Positions 21,154 through 36,000 of a DNA stretch of 64,000 nt are shown piece after piece. The position numbers and the translations under genes were made by a program. How positions within the stretch are numbered: the stretch's first letter is position 1; the number at the start of each line of letters is the position of its first letter. The stretch is taken from positions 310,001-374,000 of the forward strand of contig JBLDXI010000018.1 in assembly GCA_047495785.1 (NCBI GenBank), given 5' to 3'. The notes beneath the pieces are model-generated. The model was not told where the DNA came from, made no database searches, and saw only the letters and a program-made list of their open reading frames with translations. The stretch is from Lepidodermella squamata. Lineage: Eukaryota; Animalia; Gastrotricha.

Positions 21154-21197
21154 GTCTCTTAATCTGGAGGTCATGAGTTCGATCCTCACAGGGGGCA
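21154..21197 (+). pseudogene. 3'-half duplicate of tRNA-Met
   Basis: GTCTCTTAATCTGGAGGTCATGAGTTCGATCCTCACAGGGGGCA matches 20304-20347 with 2 changes, and the following GCTT flank is shared. The 5' half is absent. Confidence 0.8.
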
Positions 21198-21233
21198 GCT
21201 TAGACAAATTAAATGATAAGTTAGTCATCAGCG

Positions 21234-21290
21234 TCATCAGCGAGGCTCGAACTCGGGACCTTGGCATCATACAGCGCGCGCGTTACCGCG
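21234..21290 (-). pseudogene. tRNA-like remnant or tRNA-derived SINE head
   Basis: Minus strand GCGGTAACGCGCG...AAGGTCCCGAGTTCGAGCCTCG carries a B box and T-stem but no complete cloverleaf. Confidence 0.35.
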
Positions 21291-22374
21291 TCTTTTCAAG
21301 ATTTCTGCAAGATCCGCTCAAAATCTTGTGATTATCTATATGAAATATAGCCAAGCTAACTCCAAAATAATCGTGCTCGAACTATGCCAAAGGTCAAGCT
21401 TTTCTAATCGCGAACCTCTGGATGTTTCCTTTTAAGATTTTTTCTACGCCTGAGAAAAAAGTCGATGAAGGTTTTTGCGCAAGATTCGCTTGTTTTTATT
21501 CCATTTTTTCTCATGTATTTTACCCATTTTGTCGTTGCAGCGGCATTTTCATTGTTCATGAAATTCGAAAAGAGCAGCTAAATAATATTATAATATAATA
21601 TAATATGTATATCTGAATCAATAAGAAGAAGAAGAAGAAGAATAGATTAAACGCGATTTTCATATATAACAGACGATATATAACAGAGAGAGAAAAAACG
21701 AGACACAAAGATGATGACTTGTCGCTGCGTGTTTACAGGTATAATATTATATCAATATTATATTACATAGAGTGACCACAAAAAAAGATTTTTTATTACG
21801 GTATGAAAAAAAGAAAATTTGACACCTATATAGTATTATAATTATCATCGACAAATATCAAGACAGTGTTTCAATCATCGATTTTATCGACTCCCAGGCT
21901 GTAACTACTATCAGTTAGTAATCGGTCAAAGTTCGATCAAATCATAAATCGAGAAAAAAAAGAACAAGTGATTGAAAAAAATCTCGCCTCAGCCAATAAA
22001 TTCCGTTGTTGCCGTTTTTAAAATCCTCAGAGTAGAAAGAACACGCTTCGCAACAGGAGAGAGAGAAGAGAAAAAATCAACAACAACAACAACAACAATG
22101 AAAAACGATTCACTAGATATCGATAGTTTTAGCAGTCACTCTATAGTTTATTGCTGATGTGATTTGTTGTTTCTTGAACTACGAACGCGGGATGACGGAG
22201 ATGACAAGTCGGTTCAGTGGATCATCATCGGTATTATTATCAGTTAAATTGGAAAATACCAAATTTACCGAAAAATAACCGAAATTTCGGTATTCTAACG
22301 GGAAAACTCCGATTTTTCCAGGTAAAACCCGATTTAGGTAACTTTTTCGGTATTTTCGGTATTTTGCCAATTTC

Positions 22375-24000
22375 TCACGCCGAGTCGTCGTGATGTGTCG
22401 CGATGTCGATGTCGCGCAGCCAGGCGTGGCGCAGACAGTCGGCGGCGGTCGCGCGCTGCCGCGGGTTCCGAACCAGCAACCGCAGAATGAGGTCACGCGC
22501 ACTCGGGGTCGCCCACGAACTGCTGCTGCCGTCGCTGCCACTGCTGCCATCGGCGGTTTTGCCGTCGCACGACGCCTGCTCCTCGTCGCTCGCCTCCGAG
22601 TCCTGCCCCGTCGAGCCGCTCTCGGTCTCGGGCGCGCAGTCATCCGGGAACAGCGTCACGTCGTCGTCGAGGTTCGCCCGCGTTATGTTCATCAGGGTTT
22701 CTTCCTTGGTGGCGCCGGCGAACGGCGAGTAACCGGACAGTAGCACGTAGGTCAGCACGCCGACACTCCACATGTCGGACCACGCGCCGATAGGGTCGAA
22801 GAGAAGCACTTCGGGAGCGACATACCTTCACACAGATACAAATTATAATTAACTTAAACAATAGAAAAATTCGAGAAATTAGCGACAAAAATTATAATAA
22901 AATGTCTCATCCCATGAATTTTGTTGGGACGAAATAGAAATTTTATTAGGAAATAAAGCGCTTCAAATTACAATTAAAAACTCATTCAAGTTCAAATTCA
23001 AGTACAAATAAATCAATTCTGAATAGTGGGTCATTAAGTTTATTAATTTAAATTTGTCAAGAATTTGAAGTTTTCCAATTTTTCTGGAAGGTTCACAATT
23101 TCTCCTAAAATTAAAGAAAATTCAAAGCTTTTAAAAATTTTGAAAATCAGGCCAATATTAAAATGAGGAAAATTTGTTCACCATTTTTTTATATATTTCC
23201 TAATATTAAAAATAATCTGAGAATATCCAGATTTTTTCCAAAATTTTTTCCAAAATCGGAGATTGTACTTACTCGAGAGTGCCGCGGATGTCGCGCAGCT
23301 CCTGGCCGGCCTGCAGCGATCGCGCGAGGCCGAAATCGCAGAGCCTGATGTCAGGCTGGTAGTCTGGGTGGTCGTAGTAGGGCCGCGTCAGCAGCACGTT
23401 GTGCGGGTTCACGTCGCAGTGGATGATGCCGGCGCCGTGCAGCGAGCCGAGCGTGTCCACGAGCTGCGCAACGACACGCCGCACAACCGGCTCGGGCAGG
23501 CCGGCGCCGCCGCGCCGCGCCAACGCGTGCCACAGCTCGCCGCCGGCCGCGTACTCGATGACGAGCACGAGGTCACGCGGCGCCTCGAACACGTGCAGCA
23601 GCCGGGCGATGCGCGGGTGCAGCCGCGCGGCTCGGTGGTGCACGGCGATTTCTTGCAGGATGGCGTCACGGGACAGGTGCAGCCGCGCCTTTCGCAGCAC
23701 CTTGGCCGCGAACTGGCCGCCGCTCGAGCGGCACCGGCATTTCCGGACGACGGCGAACCGGCCCTTGCCAAGGTCATGTTCGACGTCGTAGGCGTCTGAG
23801 AAGGCGCCCTTCGCTAGGTATTTCGTCAGCACGGTGTCGGGCGTGTCGTGGCTGGAGCTACTGGTGCCGTTGATTTCGCGCTCCTGCAACGGCAGTTTCG
23901 ACATTGAGGCGGGGGAGGCGGGTGTGGCGACGGTGTCGAGTTTGTCGCTCGATGTCGTCGCGCTGTTTGGCGTGTTTATGTGTAACGATGGCGGTCTCAT
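22375..24000 (-). CDS. DAPK-family / STK17 (DRAK)-like Ser/Thr kinase; exons 24000-23273 and 22825-22375
   Basis: LGKGRFAVVRKC, FAAKVLRK, HCDVNPHN, IRLCDFGLAR, spliced GTLE|YVAPEVL (GA|GTAAGT...GAAG|G), DMWSVGVLTYVLLSGYSPFAG and R.TAADCLRHAWL. Kinase domain only, with a short tail like STK17/DRAK. Confidence 0.88.
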
Positions 24001-27000
24001 TTAGTTTTTGATCAAATTTATTCACAATATCAGCGATTGGGCGTTCACATTTAAAATAATCTATTTCAAAACAGAAAGAGATAACAATTGGAAATAATTC
24101 AATTTAAAAATGCGGTCGCTTGGCCTTTATCAAGACAATTATAACCTCGATAGTTTTCCTAAAAAAATAATATCAAACTAACAGGTAAAAAAAGCACGCT
24201 GGCTTTAGTTTCAAGGCGCATAATTAATTAGGGTAAACCTCTACCCTGGGTAGGTACAAAATACGGGTTCAAAATTTTGGATGCGATTCTAAAGTCGAAA
24301 AACGTTGAAATTCAGCCAAAATAGAGTCAAATGTCTCGAAAATTAACCCTAAAAATAGGAAAATATCGTTGAAGTCTTTCTAGCCCTTGAAACTATTTCA
24401 GAGTTATAAAAGGGGAAAAGGGAATAGAATCACTTTTTGATATTTTCGCACTGAGACGCGAAAGTTTGAGCTGAAATGCTCTCAGTCCATAAATATTTAA
24501 TGGCTAAGAATCTCTCTTGAGGGCCAAATTTCGGCACTTTTCAGAAATCGCACTGCTCGATTTTTCAAGGAGCTGGGCGCTTTTTTCAATTAAAAAACGG
24601 CGCGATATTTTTTTAGCCTGATGGCTATTGCAATTTTTTGGCGGAAATATATCCGATGGCGAAGTGGGTAATAATATTTATTTAAAATAATATATCCACT
24701 TGCGGCGTAAAAAACTGCTGGCCAGTCTGCGAAGAAATGCACCGAGGCGAGAAATAACAAGCGTGTCGATGGCGACGATCATGATCGATATCGCCAGGCA
24801 TTAGCGCGATTAATTATAGGTATGAGATGCTGCTGCAAAGTTATTACCAGTTATCGGCCTGGTGAGGCGGAACCGGCTCGCCGGCCGGCTCATCCACGTG
24901 TATTTATTTACGTATTTTTTCGGATCTACCTATACACCGATCGACCGGTACAAAGTACAGTAGACCTATAGTTGATCTTAAGCCAGTGCCTCGGCGATGT
25001 AGATAATATTATATAACAAAACGACGAGGCGTTGAGTTATTCCGTATCGGTATCATCTACCGGTGGAATACTTCGGCCTATTTACCGGCGCGATATAAAT
25101 AAAAATGATCGATACCCGAATTTTGTTTACGCCGCATTCCGCATCATTCGAGGCGCGCCGGTAATATTTTTTAGCCACAAGCACTAAAAAAACTACACGT
25201 AATTGCGTTATTCGGTAATACATAGTAGCGAAAAAATTCGAGAAGTAAACGATGAGACGGCGGCGGGACACTGATAGCAAAAGGAGAACACGAAAGGAGA
25301 AACACAACAAAAATCCGGTGTGGCGGCTATTTATCCAGTTTCCATAAATGGTAAAACCACAGTGGAAAAAACACGGTAATGGAATAAATTGCTCGGAGAA
25401 TAATTAGGCCAGCAAATGAATCAAAGTCCAACAACAGTCCTCGTTCAGAACATGATGAAAAATATTAATAAAAACAAATGAATTCCGCTAATTTTAATCA
25501 ATTTACCCTGGAAATAAAGCAATTAAAATATTCGAAAAAAAACGTAAAAAAAATTAAAGAAAGGGTTTCAAATCTAGATTAAACATTCATATCCTTAATT
25601 TATATCCTTAACTCCATACTATTTTCTCTTTCTACAAACCATTATCCTTACCTTGAATCCTGTTTTTTCTTCAAAAATATTGGTTGAAGACTTATGGCAT
25701 TCCTAATAGAAGTATTCCGATGTATAAATAAGATAAATCCTAGTTTGAAGTTCCAAGGGAAAATAAGGTAAGGACACACGTTTTTCCTGCTATTTCCTTT
25801 GCTATTTAGTATCCTGTCCCTTATTCTGAAATCGATAAAATAAGTTCCAAATCGGAAGGAAGTTGAATGGTATAGGATTGTATAGGAGAAAAAAAATGGT
25901 CGAGTTGAAGGTAAAGATTTTACTGGATCCTGTATCTGGTAGAATAGGAACCATTAAAAAATTGGTACACGCAGCAGAAAATTATTGAACGCAGAAATGT
26001 GAAGTGGCAGAGTCGTCGGGCAGCAAACTGGACGCTGGCCCTTGAAACAGCCGGTAGCTGGACGCGCTTTCCTGCTAATGAAGGTGTTGTACGCGAGCCG
26101 AGAGAGTATGTAGTAGCCGAGAGAGGGAGAGAGGACAAGACCACACATCATCATCATGCTCGTCGAGAATAGGACTAACTACGCCGTCGAGAGTTGCTGT
26201 ACAAATGATAGGATAATGCGCCGTCTTAATTAGGCCCTGATTAATCATCATGCATCCATATATACAGGTAGGGTGCGCACAATAAAAGGCGTGTACACGC
26301 GGCGCAAGAAAAACAAGACGCGCGCTCGCGCTATAACAGGTATATTAAGACATAGGTCGTATGTTTTTGCCGCCTGGTGCGATGATCGCAGCACCTGCCT
26401 GCGTCTGCGCCACGCCCGCCCGCCGTAAACAACAACAAATAGGGACATTGGCTGGCTCGAAACCGGCTCAAGTGTTTTGCTCTCATCGTTGTATCCTATA
26501 TTCAGTTATAAGTATAATAATATCCTTATACAATTCATCAGGTTGTTGCCAACAACCGCGATTATTATCATAATAACACGTGTTATACTTGACGTATTAA
26601 AGCCCGTCCCATCGCGGTTTTTTATTTACCTAAATAAAGCGCGGTGAAAAGAACGAGCGTTGAAAAATAACAATACCGCCTCCTTGCCAAAATACAATTT
26701 TCCATTGAGCCGGCGAAAAATAACAACAAATCTCTCCTGCTCCATATATAGATAGATACTTACATTAATATTGTGCTTTGCGAGTAAAGAAACAACTTGA
26801 AATATTATTGTGATAGCTAAGAGAGCCGTGTTGCATTACAATAACAAAACCGCGTCTACATTTCAAGGTGTTATTTTGATATTTTTGATGTAAAAATAAT
26901 AAATAATACAACATTTTCCCTTAATGCGATTGGACGCAAAATATACCTAAAATTCAAACTCGAAAACTCTCACCACGAATTGAAAAAATCGCATAAAATG

Positions 27001-30000
27001 AATCCTAATATATAAGGATCCTTACCATTAGGCATGATTAGGAAAATCGTTTAGATTCCTCTGAATCAAACGTAAGAAAAATCGAGCTGAAGGTGTATAA
27101 CATATTGGGTTAAAAAATCTAGACAAAATAAATGCATATAAATAAGTGTTTGAAAATAGAAAAACAATATGCGGTCAAGGCGGGTTGGTTTTGGGGCGAA
27201 TAGTCACGTTTTACATATAACAACATCCAAAATCGACTGCATATATAACTAAAAAACGTAATATATTGGTTTGAACCGGCCTATATACTTTCACACTGAA
27301 AAAGCAGGAAATAGCCATTCGCAGGGCCGATAATAACGCCTGTAAGAAAACAAGCACCTAAAACGCATCTGCGGCGCGTCGGCCAGCTTGTTATCAGTCA
27401 AACGAGGCGTGACCTATACACGCAGATGTTGGGCGTTACCTCGTAAATAATGCCAATAAACCAAGGTGCGAAATTGCGGGTTTAAAAGGTTATTAACAAG
27501 ATTGACATTTGTTGCGCACAATCAGCCGCTAAAAATGCATATAAAAACGCACAGAAATCATCGATATTTATATGTGGTGATGAGTCATGGCTCTCTGCAG
27601 GAAAAAAAAAACCCGGCGATAAATCACACCGCAAAGCGAGAGAGTGATGAGTCACGCGAAAAAAAAACGTTCCACATGAGTGATTTTGCTCAAACGCTTG
27701 AGGTGGTTTCTCATCAGGGCTATCGAGGTGCTTTGAACACTACTTGGTATTAGGTATAGCTAATAATTATGATAATAAATAACAACAAAAATAAGTTTGT
27801 CAAAGAGAACCGCGCGCTTGTTGACATTATTATTATTATTACTAGGTATTACAAAGCGACGACATGTGCGACACGCAAAATGCATTATTCACCTGTTCAA
27901 AGCCCACAAATTATATCAAAAATTAAGATAAGCTTAAAAAGTGAAAATTTTACCGCAACATGTAATTAAGGTAAATACAGGGAATAACTGCGTTAAGGTT
28001 AGTTCTCAAATTCAGGGCAAAGCACCAATTTTACTTGAAATTTGGTTATAAAAAATTCAGAATTATTCGAAAAAGGAACGTATAAATAGTTATAATCAAA
28101 ACAATTCACACATAACCACGAAGGGACATATGTTTATCGGGTGTAAATAAACAGGAAGCCGCGTGCGCTATCGAAATAAAGGAGGGCGCATGTAATTAAG
28201 CGATTTCAAACACCCTAATAATACGATAAAAATCGCGTAATTAACGAATCGAAAATAGTAGTATACGGCGAAGAGAGGCTGATGCCGATTCGGCGGCGTA
28301 ATGTGTTGCAATGTTTGTTTGGTCTGCTGTTTGCCAGTCGGCTTATATTACTACTCGGTGGTATATTATTATTATTTAAAGTAATGTAATATAAATAAAA
28401 GGCGGCGTGTCGCGCGAGGCAAATCGCTCTTGCCGCGACATATGTGAGCAGTCGGTCGCCTGATGATGGCTTTTGTAAATAGTAAATAGCAGGCAACTGG
28501 CGCCGCCACTCGAAGCCAAGAAATCACCATCTATAGCCATCGATGGGTGGGTGAACGTTAGGAACATCAGGCGTGGTTATGGATTAGCCGCCACGGCCCG
28601 TCAATCACCAGCGTCCGTCATTTTAGGCCTAATCGCGACGAGACGGACACCAAAATCTGCGCGCGTTTCAATGAGCGGAAGTACGTGCCATCCTTCGATT
28701 ACTCTTATTTACCAGACCGTAAGACTCAGCCACTTGAAGAATTTTCGAGTATTAATTAAAAAATCGCGAAAAACCCGAAAAATTGAGAAAAGCCAAGGTA
28801 TTCAAAGAAACACTTGATATTAATAAAAAATACAAGATAATTAGGAAATTTCCAAAAAATCAACAAACACTTGAAACTAAATGCTAGACCCTTCTAAAAG
28901 TGGAAATATCAAATTTAGGTTTCCACGACAAAATTTCCCCAAATTAATGACTTGGAATATCGATGTTTACCATGATGCTTAATAGATGGACCTCATACTA
29001 ATGCATATTTTGAAGATTGCCTGCAGAGCCGATATCGATTTCAAGTATCGATTTTACAAATCAGTGATTTTTCCGAAATCAGTAGGCTTGAAAACCAGCA
29101 TTGGCAATGTTTCTACCAAGCTAATGGTACCATATGGCTTTAATAAAAAGTCCCAAGGTATAATGTTATCGATTCCGGAACGAAAATGAAGTCGCAAAGA
29201 AATTGGAAAATGTAGCGCCAGTGCCCTTAAATTTAGAACCTGAACCTCGCCAATTTAAGTGGCGCTAGCATTTAGACCCACTTCAAAACCGAGGAATCGA
29301 AAATTCTCAAAATCCAGAATTTTCCAAGAGAGATTTTCAAAGGAATTTGATTATACGGATGGGAACAAGAATTTATGAGCTTCGCTGCGCAATTTAATTC
29401 CATTATTTTAAGGATCAGAAGACGCATGGCGTAATGAGAGAAATTATGTAATATTTTTTTTAAATAATGTCCCTTCAGATCCAAAAGTTTTTCTGGAAGA
29501 AATTTGTTTAGCTCTCTGACGGACAATTTTATCACGCTAAAAAAACGGTATCAACTTGACCGAAAATGTTGTGGGAGGCAAGCACAACGGCTAGCCCGAA
29601 TTTTCTTGGAAAAAAGCTTGTCTAGATAATAAAACGTGGGAATCGTTTGGTTATTATCGCAATAAAAAGACACATTTTTCCACATTAAAAAATAATCTGC
29701 ACTTGGTAATAGGAGGCGGAAATGTAATATGGTAGAAAGATAGCAGCAGCAGCATAAATTATTTGTGCAACACAACTTATTGATAGTAATAATATTTGGA
29801 CAAACTCATAATTGGTGCTAATTAATTGCTAATTAAGTAGCTTGGCAATTCTAAATAAGAGGGGCAAATAATATAATACGAGTTATCGATGAAAAGTGGC
29901 AATTTTTAGGTTTAGCAAAACAAAACTGACTACTTATTAGGATAACCAACGGCCATACCGAAAACTGCGGCGCTGCGACTGCTGCTGTTCGGTTTATAAC

Positions 30001-33000
30001 AATAAAAGCAGGCCGCGTTCGCAGAAGCCCAGGTAAAGGATTAGTCATAGCGTGTGTTTGACTTGTGTTATCCTGTGTTATAATAAAAATATTATCATAC
30101 CACGGAGCAAGATGATGATGGTAATGATGATTTTTTTTGGCATCATCCGCAGACAAAGGACACGCAAGGCTTGACAAAGCGTTTACGGCCACCGTTATAA
30201 AAAGCGTCGCTCGTTGTAATACAATATCGGCCCATATAAGGCGAGGCGAAAAATTATTAGGTAGGTATCGGGCGAAAATATGCGCGTATAAAAAATCCAA
30301 GCGTTACATGTTTAAGCGCACGTAGGCGGTCAATTACAGTAATTATTGCGCCTGATGTGCCGACCACGTCTGTGGACACTCGCCGAGTTTTGTACGGTGA
30401 TCCCATCGACTTGAGCACGCCGAGCAAATACCAATGCGAAACAGGTAAATAACAAAATAAAATAACAGGCCTATATAAGGAAAAAAGACAAAAAAATGAT
30501 CTCATGATTAAGTGGAGATTAATTTTTTTAGGGCCGGGCTAATATTCCGGTAGCACTTCACAGGATGAGTGTTTTCGTGAGGTACAAAAAATGTCCCAAG
30601 TGTAAGGACCAAGGACACGAATACTGAGCTATAAATAGATATGGACAATCTAAAAAAAAACAAATGATACCTAACTAATCCTAAATTTGTTGAATTAAGG
30701 AAACGTCAAAATTTCAGAACCAAATTTTGAATAAAACTTTTCAAGCTAAAACGCCTCTTGGAAATGTTTGGAAAATTCCTAAAAATCCTAATAAATCCCA
30801 TACAATTCCGGATGGTGGAAATTTGATTCGACTAAAAAATATTCAGTTAGTTTAGGATTTTCCCTTTGAAAGATCACGGTAACGATTTTCCAAGTAATAC
30901 CAAGCCGAGAAAAAAGTCGGTTTTGAAGGCTGTGTGGGAAAATAATGTGTCCATTATTGTATTATGGTGATGGAGAGTTGCTAATGAGATGGGGCCGCGA
31001 AAAATGGGACTTGCGCGCTTCCTTATCAGCGCGGCCGTGGCATGAGAAGTGGCGAGTCGAGCCGTCTCGTGACCGAGGCGAGACAGCCGGCGTGTTTGTG
31101 TTGTAGCCACCCTGCGTGATGTATCCGCCGGCAGGCTCTCTTAATAGAGTCACGGCCTTTTATATAGCAGGTGGGAGTGAGCCCGCAGTTGGGAGTATGA
31201 GTCGCCTTTTACTACAATAATAATATGTTGTATATATAGGATGGATACATTTTCAACAACAATACAACGTCATTGTTGCATGAGGGGCCATAAATACAAC
31301 AATACGACCCATACATATAAGGTAATATGCATTAATATTGATAGCGCAGCCAAGTGGAAAAGCGAGTGGGGTGAACACACTGGCGAGGAAGAGGCGAGGT
31401 GAGGTGAGGCAAAATGCGCGTGCAACAGGTGGTTGAGCGCAACAAACAGCCGGGGTAAATATTTAGTCGCAAAATATTATTGTTGTAACTAAGTAAGTAA
31501 GTAAGTAAGTAAGGAGTCAAGGCGCGTTGACGCCGATGATGGTGGTGGATGATGGAACGAAACACCGTGAGTCACAAAGTAGTGGGTCAACAGTAAATAA
31601 TATACGCGCGCGCGCGCGCTAATTCCGGCGAGCGTAAAATGCTCGCTATTTTGTTAGACATTTTTGGCGGCAGCGGCGGCGGCGCGTCTCGCATCTAGCA
31701 TATCTCGCGTCGACACCTCATTTACCTAAGCTTGTTACTTCTATTATCACCGCAGATACCTTCGAGTAAAAAGGAATGAATATTTTGAGATAGCGCGACG
31801 GGCCGACGCGGCACGCGCACGCGCTTCGAACGTGCCGCAATTAGGCTATAAAACGCAGCCTCGTTTTGTCGCATCTTTTGCAAGCGTGCCGGCCGTATAC
31901 ACTTATAACTTATAGTAACTGTGATCAAAAAAGGTGTGCTGTTGTTGTTGTTGTTGTTTGCTTGCGGCTGTGTTTTCTGAAAATAACCACTCTGTGTATT
32001 ATTTGTATCATTTGTGTGTATCTATGTCATGGCGACTAAGTGACACCTTAGTTTGACCTAGATAATAACCGCTAGATAATAATGAAGCGTGAAGCGCGCG
32101 CAACTCGTAAAAAAATTGAAAAATTCTCAAAAATCTGCTTTTCATTGGAATTTTGAAAAATACTCCTACAATTTTTGATGAGTGCATTCCTAAAATTTGG
32201 AAAAATTGGCGATCATTGTATTAAATTCACTAAAAGCTTGAAAAAATAGAGCAAAATAATTAGGTTTTTAGGCTTAGGGTTAGGTTATAAGGTTGGGGTG
32301 GGGTCCACATGCACCAATATTAGCTATATTATTTCCTTATACTGCAAAATAAGCAAAAATTTCATAAATATATATATATGTAAAACTAGCTTCACCAATT
32401 AATTAATTAAGAGGAAATAACGTTAATAATTGAGATTATTTCCCAATCATTTGAGGGAAATATTTCAATTACATTTGAAGTTGTTTGACGAGTCAAGGAA
32501 GATTCAAGCAAAAACATAGGTGCCACCGAGTAAGAAAATTCATGAAATGACGAAAAATTCAAGAAAGTCTCGGATAAGCTGCGAAAAAGCCTCAATTACA
32601 GCTACCATTTTTTGCGAAAAAATTACAGGTTTCACGAGTGAGATAAAATGTCTAGTTAAAAAAATGCGTATCAGTCGGATTAGCCAAAACGTTTTACGAG
32701 ATCTCTAAAAAAACATGGAGCAAAAGAGCCGTCACAAGTGCCAGCGAACAAGTTAAACGTGATAGCACAATTTTTTCACCGAGTTAACAATACATCGACA
32801 GGTAAAAAAAACAACGACTTGTAGGTATTGTTATAACGCGCCCTTTTGAACTTTCGCAGGTTGTTAATAAAATTGCAGAAAAAATGCACAACACTTGTTT
32901 AAATCTCGAGAGTGATTATATGTAAGAAAAAACTTCGGTCAATTTTTTTCGCAGCCAAGCCCAGTGCAATTTTCAACTGTGGAAAATTATCAAGATTAAT

Positions 33001-36000
33001 AAATCTGATAAGTAAAAATTTGGTGATGAATATACTCGAAATAATGATGATGAGATTTCGCGTACTTGGCTAACGAGCCGGGTAATAGCTGATGTTTACG
33101 CTCGTGATAATAACTTTATTCAAATAAGGTGTCTATTATCACGTCGAAATGTGCGATTTTTTAAAGGTGTTTTAACGCACTCACTTGATATAGGCATCTT
33201 TTAGTGTCAACATAGCGGAAACTCGCCATCACACAACATCCGTCGAATAAATAATGAAAAACGAAAGTCTGCTGGGTTAGTATAACAAATTTTTCCCAGA
33301 TCCCAGAAAATTAGGTGCATCTAAATTTTTCAAGATTCTGTCTATCATCGTTTGTTCAACGCTCGCAGAAAATGCACCCTATTAGCAGGGTAAACAATGT
33401 TCAAGTGTCCCTAAAATGTATCATCATATGCCGCAAAAAAACGCGCGCACTTACGAAAAAAAACACAGCGGAAAGCGCGCTTTGCCGCACAGTGACACGC
33501 AAAAAAATATTGCCACCGGATGAGGGCAGGTTAAGTGCTAATGATTTTTTTTCTTATACATCGCGCTTGATCCCGATAAGTGACGGGATATGAGACACAA
33601 ACCAGTGCAAGTCGTTTTTGACACGCTGCAAGACATTTTCGGAACTTTCACTGAGAGCGTGTCCCATAGTGCAACCAAAGAAAATATGAGGGAAATGTCC
33701 TTAATAGAATAAAAACAAGAACAATCCGAATATCAAGAGATTTGAAATATAAAAATGAAACGGAAATAAGTATTACGATTTCGGAGAAATTTGGTCTGGC
33801 ATTGGGATCTCTCGGGTGAATAATAAACATCTTCAGTGGGCGCGATGGAGATGCGCGTGCGGTACGCTTCAAGTTTATTCATTTAATTTATTAAATATCG
33901 AAAAGGTTGCGGAACTGATGGGATACATCAACGGAAAATATTTTGAAGAAATTATTACGCAAAATTAGGACAACAAATAGAAACAAGAAATTTGCTTCTT
34001 TGGTTGCTCTAGTGAACCGCTTTTCTCATATATTTTGCCTCCATGAAACGTGATAATTGTAAATATACCAAAAACCGAACAATTTTGATAAAAAATCGAA
34101 AAAATTAGTTAATTAATTAACATTTAAAAAATAAGTAAAGCGGTTAGCAATAGCCTATTTATATCATAATATTGTCTCGAAATGGCCTAGAAAACGGCCC
34201 ATTAAGTCCCAGAAAATCAATCATAAAAATAATATTATCAGCGACAATTATTTATTGTGTTTGTAAATTGATCGCAGATTTTTTTCTCCAGTCGATTTTC
34301 AATAAAGCGTAATCGATCAATCAGCGGCGAAACGGTCGTAAAAACGTGATGCTTATTTTGGCTATAGGTATACTATCATACGCGTATATATGAAGTAAGT
34401 AAACGTCGTAAACAATAACAGTGAAAGGCGAAAAATTTTGCAATAAAAAGATAGATGATGCGCAGCTGTGCGTGAATATTATTATCAAGCGATCCACCTG
34501 TTGAATAAACGCGCGATAGATAACAACGCCGCGCGCTTGTTTAGCCGAGACGCGCGCATAAAACAACACGCACACACGCGCGCAGTCAGCGAGCGAGAGA
34601 AAATCTAGCGACCACAGGTAGGCAGGCAGGCAGGTAGATAGATAGAGAGGTTCGGGTATCTTTTACAGCTTATTTTAATAGCAGCATTTTGGCGCGTAAT
34701 TAATTAGCGTTACGATGAAAGCTGATAACTCTGAATCTGCGTTTAACGCGCATTAAAAGCCCGTCGCGATTCATCGCCCCTGTTGCGCGCGTGCCTAGCC
34801 GGTCTGATTATTAGCGGCTATTACTAGCCAGACAGCAACAACAACGTAGTAGCTTTTCGACAGCTAGAATACAAGCCAGAAATTACTTATTCATATAATG
34901 GAAATCAAATCGTAAAAAAATCAGGTTATTTCTTATTGATCCAGGTTGTGCAATGTGAAAAAACGAAAGGATACCCATTAATCACTCGACATATAGGTCA
35001 AGTGCCGAATGAGTATCATTCACGGAAAAGCGATAATGAGCAAAAAATGTTAAGTGTTCGCCCTAAAAGGTTCGGACAAAAAATGATACTCGCGAAATGT
35101 AACATCAGGTATCAATTTTCTCAAGGGTATGTCTAGATTATTCCCCACGTGACTTGCGACCTTAAGAATGCTACACAAGTATCTCTTATTTTTGTAACCG
35201 GAAACCGCAGCTTCAAGGAAAGATCAGGGTTATAGGTTAAACTTGGAATCTACAATATAGTCGAGAGTTATCATGAACGCTTATAGCAATAAAAAAATTA
35301 CGATGTTTTCTATTTATTATTCAATCAAGCTATTATTATTAGTTAGATTTTTTTCGGTAAGTGGGGAAACCGTAATCATAATACTGTTTGGACTGTTGGG
35401 ACAACATCTTTAGAAAAGGTTCTGAAATCGTAATGATCAGCTCAAGGAATCCTAACATTAGGACATTTCTAACTTGAACTTCAAAACCGCATTCCTATCT
35501 ATTACCTAACAAGGTTCGGAATAATTTATAGCGAAAAATATGGCACAATTGCTTTTCTACCTTGGTTTCAAGGATTCTCTGCGTTCTAAACAGAATTTAT
35601 AGAAAATTGTAGAAAATTAATTTTAATTAGTTTCAAAATTTCTGAATAATAATGCTGAAGCTTAACCATTACCGGTAACCAAAACTCGGTCAGAAATTGA
35701 GGCGTTAAATGAGTATAAGGAAGATTTCCCATTTTCAACGTCCCTAATGAATTATGGTTTGGAATACTAAATATATAAGGATTGATCGCAGAAGATTGAT
35801 ATAACAGCAGTGATATCAAATTTTTTTACAAGTATTTATCGCGATTTGATTGGTGAGACAATGAAGGGCGCAAATGGTCGGAATTTTTTCTTGTAAAATA
35901 AATAGGCTTGAACACGTGTCCATTATAAAACATGCGGTGTAGCCGCTGCTGGGCGCCGGCGAACATCGCGATGAGAAAAAATGTATAAATAAACACCTAT

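Noticed and set aside
32260-32300. TTAGG/TTAGGG-like run suggesting an interstitial telomere
   Set aside because: Only a few degenerate units, compatible with chance.
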